A stretch of DNA of 32,000 bases from an archaeon (lineage in GTDB: Archaea > Iainarchaeota > Iainarchaeia > Iainarchaeales > CSSED10-239): NCBI GenBank assembly GCA_035390665.1, contig DAOOUC010000002.1:30001-62000 (forward strand), in the 5' to 3' direction. Below, piece by piece: positions 9,003 through 17,892 of the stretch. The notes below the pieces were generated by a model. That model was not told where the DNA came from, ran no database searches, and saw only the letters and a list, made by a program, of their open reading frames with translations. Position 1 is the stretch's first letter. Every line of letters starts with the position of its first letter. Position numbers and translations under genes: made by a program.

Positions 9003-10322
9003 ATGATTACTCCACAAATAAGAAAAATGTTTTTTTGGATATTCGGATTATTGTTTTCTATAGCAATTTATTTTTTATTACAAAAATTTTCAAGCAATCC
9101 AACATGGGTAACATTAGCTATTTCTTTAATCGTAATATTTTTATTTTATATTGTAGGAGAAATATTAGCTCATATTTCTGGGATTTATTTCTATTTGCTT
9201 AATAATAAAAATTCAAAAGAACTATTAGAAATTGCAAGACAAGAAGAAGAAAAACAAAAGATACACGAGGTTGTTAAAAAATTAAAAAATACAATGTCTT
9301 TTGTTATTTCTCAAAATTATTCTGAAGAATCAATTAAAATGCTTAACGAATATGTTGGTATTAATTCTGAAGAAACATATAAACTAATAGAAATTACTAA
9401 AAAATTAATAAAAGTAAAATGGACATATTGGTTATTTGGTTTAATGTTTTCAATAATGAATGTATTCTTAATATTTTTTGTAGACTATTTTAGTTTTTTA
9501 AGATATCCAATTTATGTGCCAATTTTGATTAATATTATTATTTTTGTTTTGTTCTATATTGAAGGATTATTAGTGATGAGATTACCAGATAATTTTTATC
9601 TTAAGATACTTAATTTAAAACAAAAAAAAGTCAAAGAAAAAACAATTAAAAAAAAAGAAATATTAGAGACTAAACAAAAAATGTCTGTGGAAAGCATAAA
9701 GACAGCTATAAGATATTTATTGAAGATAAAAGTTCCAAAAGATAAAATAATAACAATTATAACAAATCAAGGCTTTTCCAAAAAAGCAGCAGAAGAAATA
9801 ATGATGCAGATAACAGATGATCAAATTAATACTCTTGCAAAACTTCCTGAAAAAAAAGGCAGTGCATTAGAAAAGGTATTTGTTTCAAAAATTTATGAAG
9901 AATTTATGAAATTAAAAGAAGTAAATCAAGAAATAAATTCAATTAAAGAGAATCTTTCTAAAGTAGAAGATAGACAAAAAGAAATAGAGCAAAATCTTAA
10001 ATCTTTAAAATCAGAAAAACCAATAATAGGAAATGAAAACACAGAAAAATATTTTGAAAAACCAAAGATTACAAATCAAATAAAAGCAGAAAAAGGCTTT
10101 AAATTTTCAAAAGATGTTTATTTTTTATATAATCTAATTCTGCCACAAGCAGCGAAATATAAAAAAGAAGATATTCAATCTTTTTTGTTATATCAAAATT
10201 ATAGTTTAGAAACAGTTGAAGATTTAATGGAATTATTTAAACAAAATAATGTTAAGTTTAAAGAAAAGGATTCAGAAAATAAAATAATTTCGTTTATAAA
10301 TAGACTTTTTGATAAAAGCTAA
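9003..10322 (+). CDS. Membrane protein with two 2-TM units and long C-terminal coiled coil
   Basis: Two similar blocks (FFWIFGLLFSIAIYFLL... and WTYWLFGLMFSIMNVFLIF...), then charged coiled coil. ATG 9003 preferred over TTG 8988. Confidence 0.75.
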   Translation: MITPQIRKMFFWIFGLLFSIAIYFLLQKFSSNPTWVTLAISLIVIFLFYIVGEILAHISGIYFYLLNNKNSKELLEIARQEEEKQKIHEVVKKLKNTMSFVISQNYSEESIKMLNEYVGINSEETYKLIEITKKLIKVKWTYWLFGLMFSIMNVFLIFFVDYFSFLRYPIYVPILINIIIFVLFYIEGLLVMRLPDNFYLKILNLKQKKVKEKTIKKKEILETKQKMSVESIKTAIRYLLKIKVPKDKIITIITNQGFSKKAAEEIMMQITDDQINTLAKLPEKKGSALEKVFVSKIYEEFMKLKEVNQEINSIKENLSKVEDRQKEIEQNLKSLKSEKPIIGNENTEKYFEKPKITNQIKAEKGFKFSKDVYFLYNLILPQAAKYKKEDIQSFLLYQNYSLETVEDLMELFKQNNVKFKEKDSENKIISFINRLFDKS

Positions 10323-10417
10323 AAATAAAATAGTTTTTATACTTTTTCTTACTCTTAATATATATTAATTCGGCTTATTTAAAGTAAAGGATTTTAAAAT
10401 TAAAAATAAGAATAACT

Positions 10418-13267
10418 ATGCCAGAACAATTTAGTAACAAAACTGAAAAAGAAATAAAAGAATACTGGGAAAAAAATAATATCCCACAAAAAGTTAGGAC
10501 AAAAAAATCAACTAAAAATTACTATTTTATTGATGGACCGCCATATGCTTCAGGCCATCTTCATTTAGGTACAGCAATGAACCGGATTCTTAAAGACTTA
10601 ATAATAAGATATAGAAGAATGTCTGGCTATAATGTTTTGGATATTCCTGGTTTTGATACTCATGGTGTTCCAATTGAAGCAAAGGTTCAAAAGAAATATG
10701 ATTTAAAATCAAAAGAAGATATCGAAAAATTTGGCATAGATAGATTTACTAAAGAATGTTATAATTTTGCAACAGAACATATTGCAGACATGTCTAAAGA
10801 TATCTATGAGCTTGGACAGTGGATGGATTGGAAAAATCCATATAGAACACTCGATAAGTCATATATGGAGACAGGTTGGTGGGTTTTTAAAAAAGCAGTT
10901 GATAAAGGACTTTTATATCACGATAAATATCCAGTGCATGTATGTCCATCTTGTGAAACCTCTGTTTCTTTTAACGAGATTGAACATAAAGACTTAACAG
11001 ATACTTCTGTTTATGTTAAAATGAAATTAGTTGATAGCGAGAACACTTATTTTGTAATTTGGACAACAACGCCTTGGACTCTTCCAGCAAATTTAGGAAT
11101 TATGGTTCATCCAAATTATACTTATATTGAATTAATACATAATGAAGAAAAATACATTGTTGCTGAAGAACTTGTAAATAAGATAGTTAAAGAACTAAGA
11201 TGGGAAGACGATTATATTTTAGGAAATACTTATTCTGGTGAGGAATTAGCTGGCAAAAAATATGAACCAGTGTTAGGAGAATGGGTTGAAAAATTAGAAG
11301 AATTAAAAAAAGATTGTTATAAAGTAATTCTTTCTGCTCGTTTTGTTCATCTTGAAGAAGGAACAGGACTTGTTCATTGTGCACCAGGACATGGAAGAGA
11401 AGATTATACTGTTGGTAAAGAAAACGGATTTCCTGCATATTGTCCAGTAACAGTTGTTGGAGTTTATGATAACACAATAAAAGTATTTCAAGGAAGAAAA
11501 GTAAAACAACTAGATCCTGAAATTATTGAATATCTTGAAAGCAAAAATGCAATTTTAGGAAAAAGAGCAATAACTCATGCATATCCAACATGTTGGAGAT
11601 GTTCTTCTCCTCTTTTACAAGTTGCTCTACCACAATGGTTTTTAAGAATTGAAAGTATGAGAGAGAGATTAAAGGAATTAAATAAAGAACAAGTAACTTG
11701 GTATCCAGAATGGGCAAAAGAAAGATTTGATAATTGGCTTGATTCAATCTCTGATTGGCCAATCTCAAGAGCAAGATATTGGGGAATACCAATACCAATC
11801 TGGCAATGTGATAAATGTAAAGAGATTGAAGTTTTTGGTTCTTTAGAGGAATTGAAAATTAAAGCACCAAGTGTAGATGTTTCAATGGATCTTCACAAAC
11901 CTGGAATTGACAATGTTGCCTTTACTTGTAAATGTGGTGGAACAAAAAAAAGAATACCAGAAATCTTTGATGTTTGGTTTGATTCAGGAATTGCTTCTTT
12001 TGCAAGTCTAGGGTATCCAAAAAAGCAAGAACTTTTTAATCAGTTTTGGCCACCAGACATTAATCTTGAAGGTTCAGACCAGATAAGAGGGTGGTGGAAT
12101 TCTCAGATGATTTGCTCAGCAATTTGTTTTGACAAGGCACCATATAAATTTATTGCACTTCACGGAATGGTTCTTGCAGTTGATAAAAGAAAGCTTTCAA
12201 AATCTTTAGGTAACGACAGACCACTTCTTGAAAGATTTTCTGAAACTGCAATTGATTACTACAGATATTATTTTGCAAGAGAATATAATGGAATGGACGT
12301 AGTAATTGATGAAAAGAAGTTTGTGGATATCAAAAGAGTATTTAATCTTCTAGAAAATATTTATTCATTAATGGTATTAATAGATGAACAAACAAAGTTT
12401 TATCCATCAATAGAAAAAGACACTTTAGAAATAGAAGACAAATGGATTCTTTCTAAATATAATTCTTTAGTTGATAATTTCCATAAGAACTATCAAGGAT
12501 GTAATTTTTCAAAAGCAACTCTTGACTTGGAGAAGTTTATCTTAGAGGATTTTAGTAGAACCTATCTAAAGCTAATAAAGAAAAGAGAAACAAAGAACAA
12601 TGTTTTAAGCCACATCTTTTCAGGATTATTGTTGCTTTTAAGCCCTGCAGCACCGCACTTAACAGAACATCTTTTCTTAAAGTTTAAAGACAGAAAAGAA
12701 ACAATACACTTAGAAGAGCTTCCAGTGGCAAACCAAAAGCTAATCAACAAAGAATTAGAAGATAATTTTGAGATTGCTCTTTCAATAGTTCAAGAAGCAT
12801 TATCAGCAAGAGAAAGAGCGAAGAAAAGATTAAGATGGGTTCTTCCAAGTCTTGTTGTTGTAACAAAAGATGCAAACAAGCTTGAAGGAATTAAAGAAAT
12901 TGTAAGTAACATGGCAAATGTAAAAGTAGTTCTTCTTCAAGAAGAAGTTCCAAAAGGAAACTTTGAAGTAGGAGAAGTTTCTGATACTTTAAGTATCTAT
13001 CTTGACTTAGATATTCCAAAAGGTTTAGAAGACGAATGGGAACTAAGTGAACTAACAAGAGCAATACAAGCAGAGAGAAAGAAAAATAACCTTACACCAA
13101 GTCAAGTAGTGACTTTAAATATCGCTTGTTCAGATAAAGCATTCATTGAAACAAATAAGCAAGCAATTGAGCAAGCGACTTCAACAAAGATTGTTATTGA
13201 AGCATTCAATCAAACAACAGAAGCAAAACAAAAGCTAATAGAAAGAGAAGTTTACTTTTCTTTCTAA
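10418..13267 (+). CDS. ileS: Isoleucyl-tRNA synthetase
   Basis: PYASGHLHLGTAMNRILKD, GFDTHGVPIEAKVQKK, WTTTPWTLPANL, EGSDQIRGWWNSQM, KLSKSLGN. Confidence 0.96.
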   Translation: MPEQFSNKTEKEIKEYWEKNNIPQKVRTKKSTKNYYFIDGPPYASGHLHLGTAMNRILKDLIIRYRRMSGYNVLDIPGFDTHGVPIEAKVQKKYDLKSKEDIEKFGIDRFTKECYNFATEHIADMSKDIYELGQWMDWKNPYRTLDKSYMETGWWVFKKAVDKGLLYHDKYPVHVCPSCETSVSFNEIEHKDLTDTSVYVKMKLVDSENTYFVIWTTTPWTLPANLGIMVHPNYTYIELIHNEEKYIVAEELVNKIVKELRWEDDYILGNTYSGEELAGKKYEPVLGEWVEKLEELKKDCYKVILSARFVHLEEGTGLVHCAPGHGREDYTVGKENGFPAYCPVTVVGVYDNTIKVFQGRKVKQLDPEIIEYLESKNAILGKRAITHAYPTCWRCSSPLLQVALPQWFLRIESMRERLKELNKEQVTWYPEWAKERFDNWLDSISDWPISRARYWGIPIPIWQCDKCKEIEVFGSLEELKIKAPSVDVSMDLHKPGIDNVAFTCKCGGTKKRIPEIFDVWFDSGIASFASLGYPKKQELFNQFWPPDINLEGSDQIRGWWNSQMICSAICFDKAPYKFIALHGMVLAVDKRKLSKSLGNDRPLLERFSETAIDYYRYYFAREYNGMDVVIDEKKFVDIKRVFNLLENIYSLMVLIDEQTKFYPSIEKDTLEIEDKWILSKYNSLVDNFHKNYQGCNFSKATLDLEKFILEDFSRTYLKLIKKRETKNNVLSHIFSGLLLLLSPAAPHLTEHLFLKFKDRKETIHLEELPVANQKLINKELEDNFEIALSIVQEALSARERAKKRLRWVLPSLVVVTKDANKLEGIKEIVSNMANVKVVLLQEEVPKGNFEVGEVSDTLSIYLDLDIPKGLEDEWELSELTRAIQAERKKNNLTPSQVVTLNIACSDKAFIETNKQAIEQATSTKIVIEAFNQTTEAKQKLIEREVYFSF

Positions 13268-13336
13268 AATATATATAACTAAAAGAGAATTTCATTCTCT
13301 TTTATAAACTTTTTCTTTCATTAAATTATTTATGAT

Positions 13337-13468
13337 ATACAAAATAGTTTTAGAGGATTCTGATTTTAAATCAAAGTTTTGTATAGTTATCAATAACTTT
13401 AATGGCCAGTAGGCCGCTACTTTATTTATCTGCATAGGAACTTATAGTCAAAGTTCTTTGACATAAGT
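13337..13468 (+). ncRNA. Candidate structured RNA between ileS and asnS (strand and ends uncertain)
   Basis: Four successive inverted repeats: atacaaaa/ttttgtat, agtta-tcaa-taact, ggcc-agta-ggcc, acttat(a)gtcaaa-gttc-tttgacataagt. Confidence 0.35.
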
Positions 13469-13531
13469 GTTTTGTTTTTAATATATTTGTTTATAAGTAT
13501 TAATAATTAAAATGGAAGTGAAATTAAAATT

Positions 13532-14836
13532 ATGGAAAAAAAATATTTAAGTGTTAAAGAAGTTTTAGATAAAAAGGAAGGAGACATATCTATTCGAGGA
13601 TGGGTATATAGAATTAGAGATCAAAAAGATAATATTTTTATAACAATCAGAGACGAAACTGGAATCATACAACTTGTAGCTTCAAAAGAGAAACTTAAAG
13701 CAGAGGAATTTGCAATAACAAAGACATTAGGAATAGAATCCTCAATAATTGTTCATGGAAAATTAAGAAAAGAAGAAAGATCTCCTCAAGGCTATGAAAT
13801 AGACATTGATTCTTTAGAATTAGTAGGAAAATCAGAGAACTATCCAATCTCTAAAGATTTCTCAGAGGAGTTTCTTTTAGATGTTAGACATTTGTGGCTT
13901 AGAAGTAGAAAGATGACTGCAATATTAAAAATAAGATCAACAGTTATTGGTGCAATTCATGAATATTTCCGTAAAGAAGGTTTTTATGAATATCAATCAC
14001 CAATACTTCAATCTGTTCAATGTGAAGGAGGTTCAAGTCTTTTCAAAGTAGACTACTTTGAAGAAAAAGGAGTTTTCTTAGCACAGACTTGGCAACTATA
14101 TGCTGAACCAGCAATATTTTCATTAGGAAAGATTTACACAATCGCTCCATCTTTTAGAGCAGAGAAAAGTAAGACATCAAGACACCTTACAGAATATTGG
14201 CATGCAGAGATGGAAGGAGCTTGGATTGATTTTGAGCAATTGCAAGATTATGGTGAAGGCTTAATCAAGCATGTTATTAAAACAGTTCTTTCAAAACACA
14301 AAGAAGATTTAGAAATCTTAAAAAGAGACACAAAACTTTTAGAAACAGCAATCTCTAAACCTTTCATTAGAATGACATACACAGAAGTTTTAAAACTTTT
14401 AAAAGAAAAAGCAGATATGGAAGTTGAATGGGGAAAAGATTTAAGAACAATTGAAGAAGATAAGTTAAGTAAACTACACGACACTTTTACAATTGTTACA
14501 AGATATCCAAAAGTTGTTAAAGCCTTTTACATGAAAGAAGATCCAAAAGACCCTAAAGTAGTTCTTGGCTTTGATTGTATAGGTCCAGAAGGTTATGGAG
14601 AAATTATAGGTGCAAGTGAAAGAGAACCAGATTTAGAGAAGATAAAACAAAGATTAAAAGATGATGGAGAAGATCCAAAACAATATGAGTTTTATCTAGA
14701 CACCAGAAGATATGGTTCGGTTCCACATGCAGGTTTTGGTATGGGTGTTGAGCGTTTAATCGCTTATATCACAGGAGTAGACAACATCAAAGATACAATA
14801 CCATTCCCAAGAACAATGGTTCGTTTCAAACCTTAG
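13532..14836 (+). CDS. asnS: Asparaginyl-tRNA synthetase
   Basis: OB-fold ISIRGWVYRIRDQ..FITIRDETG; class II motifs FRAEKSKTSRHLTEYWHAEMEGAW and GFGMGVERLIAYITG; C-terminus IPFPRTMVRFKP. Asn over Asp supported by motif context and adjacent tRNA-Asn/asnA. Confidence 0.85.
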   Translation: MEKKYLSVKEVLDKKEGDISIRGWVYRIRDQKDNIFITIRDETGIIQLVASKEKLKAEEFAITKTLGIESSIIVHGKLRKEERSPQGYEIDIDSLELVGKSENYPISKDFSEEFLLDVRHLWLRSRKMTAILKIRSTVIGAIHEYFRKEGFYEYQSPILQSVQCEGGSSLFKVDYFEEKGVFLAQTWQLYAEPAIFSLGKIYTIAPSFRAEKSKTSRHLTEYWHAEMEGAWIDFEQLQDYGEGLIKHVIKTVLSKHKEDLEILKRDTKLLETAISKPFIRMTYTEVLKLLKEKADMEVEWGKDLRTIEEDKLSKLHDTFTIVTRYPKVVKAFYMKEDPKDPKVVLGFDCIGPEGYGEIIGASEREPDLEKIKQRLKDDGEDPKQYEFYLDTRRYGSVPHAGFGMGVERLIAYITGVDNIKDTIPFPRTMVRFKP

Positions 14837-14850
14837 ATAAAAATATAATT

Positions 14851-14915
14851 GGCTCGCGGCGATAATCGTGCATAAGCACGAAATACATTGCGCGCCAGCC
14901 TAGCGAAACAGGCTG
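14851..14915 (+). ncRNA. Structured leader or small RNA upstream of tRNA-Asn
   Basis: ggct-cgcg...cgcg-cc-agcc outer pairing, cgtgc-ataa-gcacg inner hairpin, then cagcct-agcgaaac-aggctg hairpin ending 1 nt before the tRNA. Confidence 0.45.
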
Positions 14916-14916
14916 T

Positions 14917-14989
14917 GCCTCAGTAGCTCAGTGGTTGGAGCAATCGACTGTTAATCGATAGGTCGTAGGTTCAAATCCTACCTGGGGCG
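14917..14989 (+). tRNA. tRNA-Asn (GUU anticodon)
   Basis: Acceptor GCCTCAG/CTGGGGC, anticodon arm atcga-ctGTTaa-tcgat, T arm gtagg-ttcaaat-cctac. Confidence 0.94.
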
Positions 14990-15131
14990 CATATAAAAAA
15001 AGGAGATGAATAACTTATGAGAAAGTATCAACCCAACATATAAATCAAAATTAGATTTCTTTGAAACACAGGAAGCTATTAAATTTATAAAAACTGATTT
15101 TGAAAAAAATTTATCAAAAAAATTAAATCTT

Positions 15132-16043
15132 TTGCGAGTAAGCGCACCTAAATTCTTAGTTTCTAATAAAGGATTATTAGATGATTTAGCAGGAACTCAA
15201 ACACCAGTGTCTTTTAAAGTAAAATTCTTAAAAGAAGACATAGAGATTGTGCATTCTCTTGCAAAATGGAAAAGAGTAATACTTGGAGATTTTAAGTTTC
15301 CAATAGGTAAAGGATTGTACACTGATATGGACGCTATAAGAAAAGACGAAGATGTTGATTCAACCCATAGTGTTTATGTTGATCAGTGGGATTGGGAAAA
15401 AGTAATAACAAAAGAACAAAGAAATATTAAGTTCTTAAAAAAAATAGTTAAACAAATATATTCTTCAATCTATAAAACAAAAAAAGAGCTAAATAAGAAA
15501 TATCCAAATTTAAAACAAGCTCTTCCAAAAGAAATTCAGTTTATACATTCTGAAGATTTACAAGCACTTTATCCAAAATTAACACCAAAAGAAAGAGAAG
15601 ATAAAATTACTGAAAAATATAAAGCTGTGTTTATTATTGGAATAGGTAGAGATCTTATTGATGGTAAACCACACGACATAAGAGCAACAGACTATGATGA
15701 TTGGTCAACAATAGAAAAAGGGAAACCAGGATTAAACGGAGACATCTTAATTTGGGATAGCATTAGTAAAAAATCTTTAGAGTTATCTTCGATGGGGATA
15801 AGAGTAAATAAAGAATCATTGTTATTTCAACTAGAAGAAAAAAAAGAAATGCACAAATTGAAATTAGACTATCACAAAAGAATAATTTCAAATAAATTGC
15901 CATTAACTATTGGTGGTGGAATTGGACAATCAAGACTTTGTATGTTTCTTTTAGAAAAAACACATATTGGCGAAGTACAGTCAAGTGTTTGGCCAAGAAA
16001 CGTAATTAGGGGCTTTAAGAAAAGAAATATTTCTTTTCTTTAA
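15132..16043 (+). CDS. asnA: Aspartate-ammonia ligase / asparagine synthetase A; coding similarity extends upstream to about 15030-15040
   Basis: VHSLAKWKR, GLYTDMDAIRKDEDVDSTHSVYVDQWDWEKV, DDWST, LNGDILIWD, ELSSMGIRVN, TIGGGIGQSRL. Same-frame upstream TYKSKLDFFETQEAIKFIKTDFEKNLSKKLNL looks like the missing AsnA N-terminus. Confidence 0.93.
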   Translation: MRVSAPKFLVSNKGLLDDLAGTQTPVSFKVKFLKEDIEIVHSLAKWKRVILGDFKFPIGKGLYTDMDAIRKDEDVDSTHSVYVDQWDWEKVITKEQRNIKFLKKIVKQIYSSIYKTKKELNKKYPNLKQALPKEIQFIHSEDLQALYPKLTPKEREDKITEKYKAVFIIGIGRDLIDGKPHDIRATDYDDWSTIEKGKPGLNGDILIWDSISKKSLELSSMGIRVNKESLLFQLEEKKEMHKLKLDYHKRIISNKLPLTIGGGIGQSRLCMFLLEKTHIGEVQSSVWPRNVIRGFKKRNISFL

Positions 16044-16082
16044 TCTTTATATCTTTTAAAATTATTGTTATATATTTAGATT

Positions 16083-16394
16083 ATGAATAAAGCAATTTGT
16101 TATTCCAATCTGACATTAAGTCACAAAAAACACCCACTTCAATTTACTGTTGGTCTTGGTTTTCAAGGAAAGCTGATTAACGGCAGAGTAAAAGGAATAG
16201 ATCTAAATAAAGAAAGAAAAGAACTAGAGGATTTTAATTCTAAGATAAGAGATAAAGAAATATTTGAATTAATAAAAGACTATAAAGGAATGGAGTCTCT
16301 TGCTCAGTTTTATTTTAAAAAATTAAAAAATAAGAAAATCGATTTTATAATAATAAAAGAAAATAATACAGAAGAAGTTATAATAGAAAAATAG
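16083..16394 (+). CDS. Hypothetical protein, 103 aa
   Basis: ATG to stop between asnA and convergent cysS; ordinary composition; no family recognised. Confidence 0.6.
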   Translation: MNKAICYSNLTLSHKKHPLQFTVGLGFQGKLINGRVKGIDLNKERKELEDFNSKIRDKEIFELIKDYKGMESLAQFYFKKLKNKKIDFIIIKENNTEEVIIEK

Positions 16395-16396
16395 AA

Positions 16397-17842
16397 CTAC
16401 TCATAATGCCAAGTGGTTCCTGTAGGGGAATCACTTAAGATAACTCCTTTCTTCTCTAATGTTAATCTAATGTTATCTGCGTCTTCCCATTTCTTTTCTT
16501 TTCGCAATTGATTTCTTTTGTTTATTTGTTCTTCAATCTCTGCTCGTTGTATTTTATTTTTGTCTTTTGGAGTGCTTTGATCAAAATTAAATACTTTAAA
16601 AACAAGATTAACTTTTTGTAAAAAATCAAGTATCTTATTTGCTTCTTCTTTTGTGAGTTGATTGTTATCCATCAGTTTATTAGTTTCTTTAATTAAAAAC
16701 CAAATACTTGCCCAAGCCGAAGGAGTATTAAGATCATCATTCATTGCGTTCTTAAAATTTTCAATAGTGTTGTCAATTATTTCTTTTGCATTATTTGTGT
16801 CATTTTCATTTGTTAAATCCTGTAATCTCTTAATATATTTATTTAGTCTTTCAATTGCTATCTCAGCATCTTCAATTGATTTTTCTGTATAGTTTTGTGG
16901 TTTCCTGTAATGTCCTGTACTAAAAAGATATCTTAAGCTTTCAGCAGAATGTTTTTTTAAAAAATCTTCAATGGTTATAAAGTTACCAAGAGATTTACCC
17001 ATCTTTTTACCATCAACCATAAGCATTGCGGTGTGTACCCAGTAGTTAATCACGTCTTGTTGGTAGTAACCATAATTTTGAGCAATCTCGTTTTGATGAT
17101 GTGGAAAAACATGCTCTATTCCTCCTCCATGGATATCAAATTTATCTCCAAGATATTTAGTGCCCATTACTGAACACTCTAGATGCCAGCCAGGATATCC
17201 TTCTCCCCAAGGAGATGGCCATTTAAGTATGTGTTTTGGGTCTGCTTTAATCCATAATGCAAAATCACTGTGGTGTTTTTTATTTGGGTCATTTTCAAAT
17301 CTTGTATTTTTTTCAAGTTCTTCAATATTTCTATTTGCGAATTTTCCGTAGTCTTTAAATTTAGAAATATCATAGTAAACATTTCCATTTACTTCATATG
17401 CAAATCCAGTTTTTAACATTTTTTTAATCCATTCTTGCATTTCTGGAATATGTGCAGAAGCTGTTGGTTCTAAGTTTGGTCTTGACATTTTTAAAGCATC
17501 AAAATATTTCCACATCCGATGAGAATATTTGTAAACAAGTTCCATAGGATGCATTTTTCTTTCAGTTGCTCTTTTCTCAATTTTGTCTTCTCCGGAATCG
17601 CTTAAGCCATCATCTGTTAAATGTCCAACGTCTGTTATGTTTCTAACATAAAGAATATCATATTCTAAAAAATGCTTAAAATAATTTACAAGTATATCAT
17701 AATTAACATAAGAGAAAGCATGCCCTAAATGTACATCGTCATAAATAGTAACACCACACACATAAATCTTAAGTGTGTTTGGTAAAACAGACTTAAATGT
17801 TTCTTTTTTTTTAGTTGCAGTATTATATAGTTTTATTGCCAT
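16397..17842 (-). CDS. cysS: Cysteinyl-tRNA synthetase
   Basis: YVCGVTIYDDVHLGHA, GWHLECSVM, GGGIEHVFPHHQNEIAQ, KMGKSLGNF. Confidence 0.97.
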   Translation of the reverse strand: MAIKLYNTATKKKETFKSVLPNTLKIYVCGVTIYDDVHLGHAFSYVNYDILVNYFKHFLEYDILYVRNITDVGHLTDDGLSDSGEDKIEKRATERKMHPMELVYKYSHRMWKYFDALKMSRPNLEPTASAHIPEMQEWIKKMLKTGFAYEVNGNVYYDISKFKDYGKFANRNIEELEKNTRFENDPNKKHHSDFALWIKADPKHILKWPSPWGEGYPGWHLECSVMGTKYLGDKFDIHGGGIEHVFPHHQNEIAQNYGYYQQDVINYWVHTAMLMVDGKKMGKSLGNFITIEDFLKKHSAESLRYLFSTGHYRKPQNYTEKSIEDAEIAIERLNKYIKRLQDLTNENDTNNAKEIIDNTIENFKNAMNDDLNTPSAWASIWFLIKETNKLMDNNQLTKEEANKILDFLQKVNLVFKVFNFDQSTPKDKNKIQRAEIEEQINKRNQLRKEKKWEDADNIRLTLEKKGVILSDSPTGTTWHYE

Positions 17843-17892
17843 ATATATCTTAGGAATAAAGCAATTAAAAATATATCTTCATAGATATATTT

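Noticed and set aside
11187-11798. ORFs antisense to or out of frame with ileS (including 10767-10997 and 12562-12750)
   Set aside because: Nested in a confident ileS gene with low-complexity translations.
13337-13468. Assignment as 5S rRNA, RNase P RNA, SRP RNA or a C/D box RNA
   Set aside because: Conserved cores of 5S, RNase P and SRP RNAs are absent, length does not fit RNase P or SRP, and box-like ATGATA and CTGA words are too weak and badly spaced.
14851-14916. Firm assignment as an H/ACA guide RNA
   Set aside because: An internal loop and a downstream ACA (14908-14910) exist, but the ACA lies in the loop of the following hairpin and no kink-turn was seen; left as unclassified.
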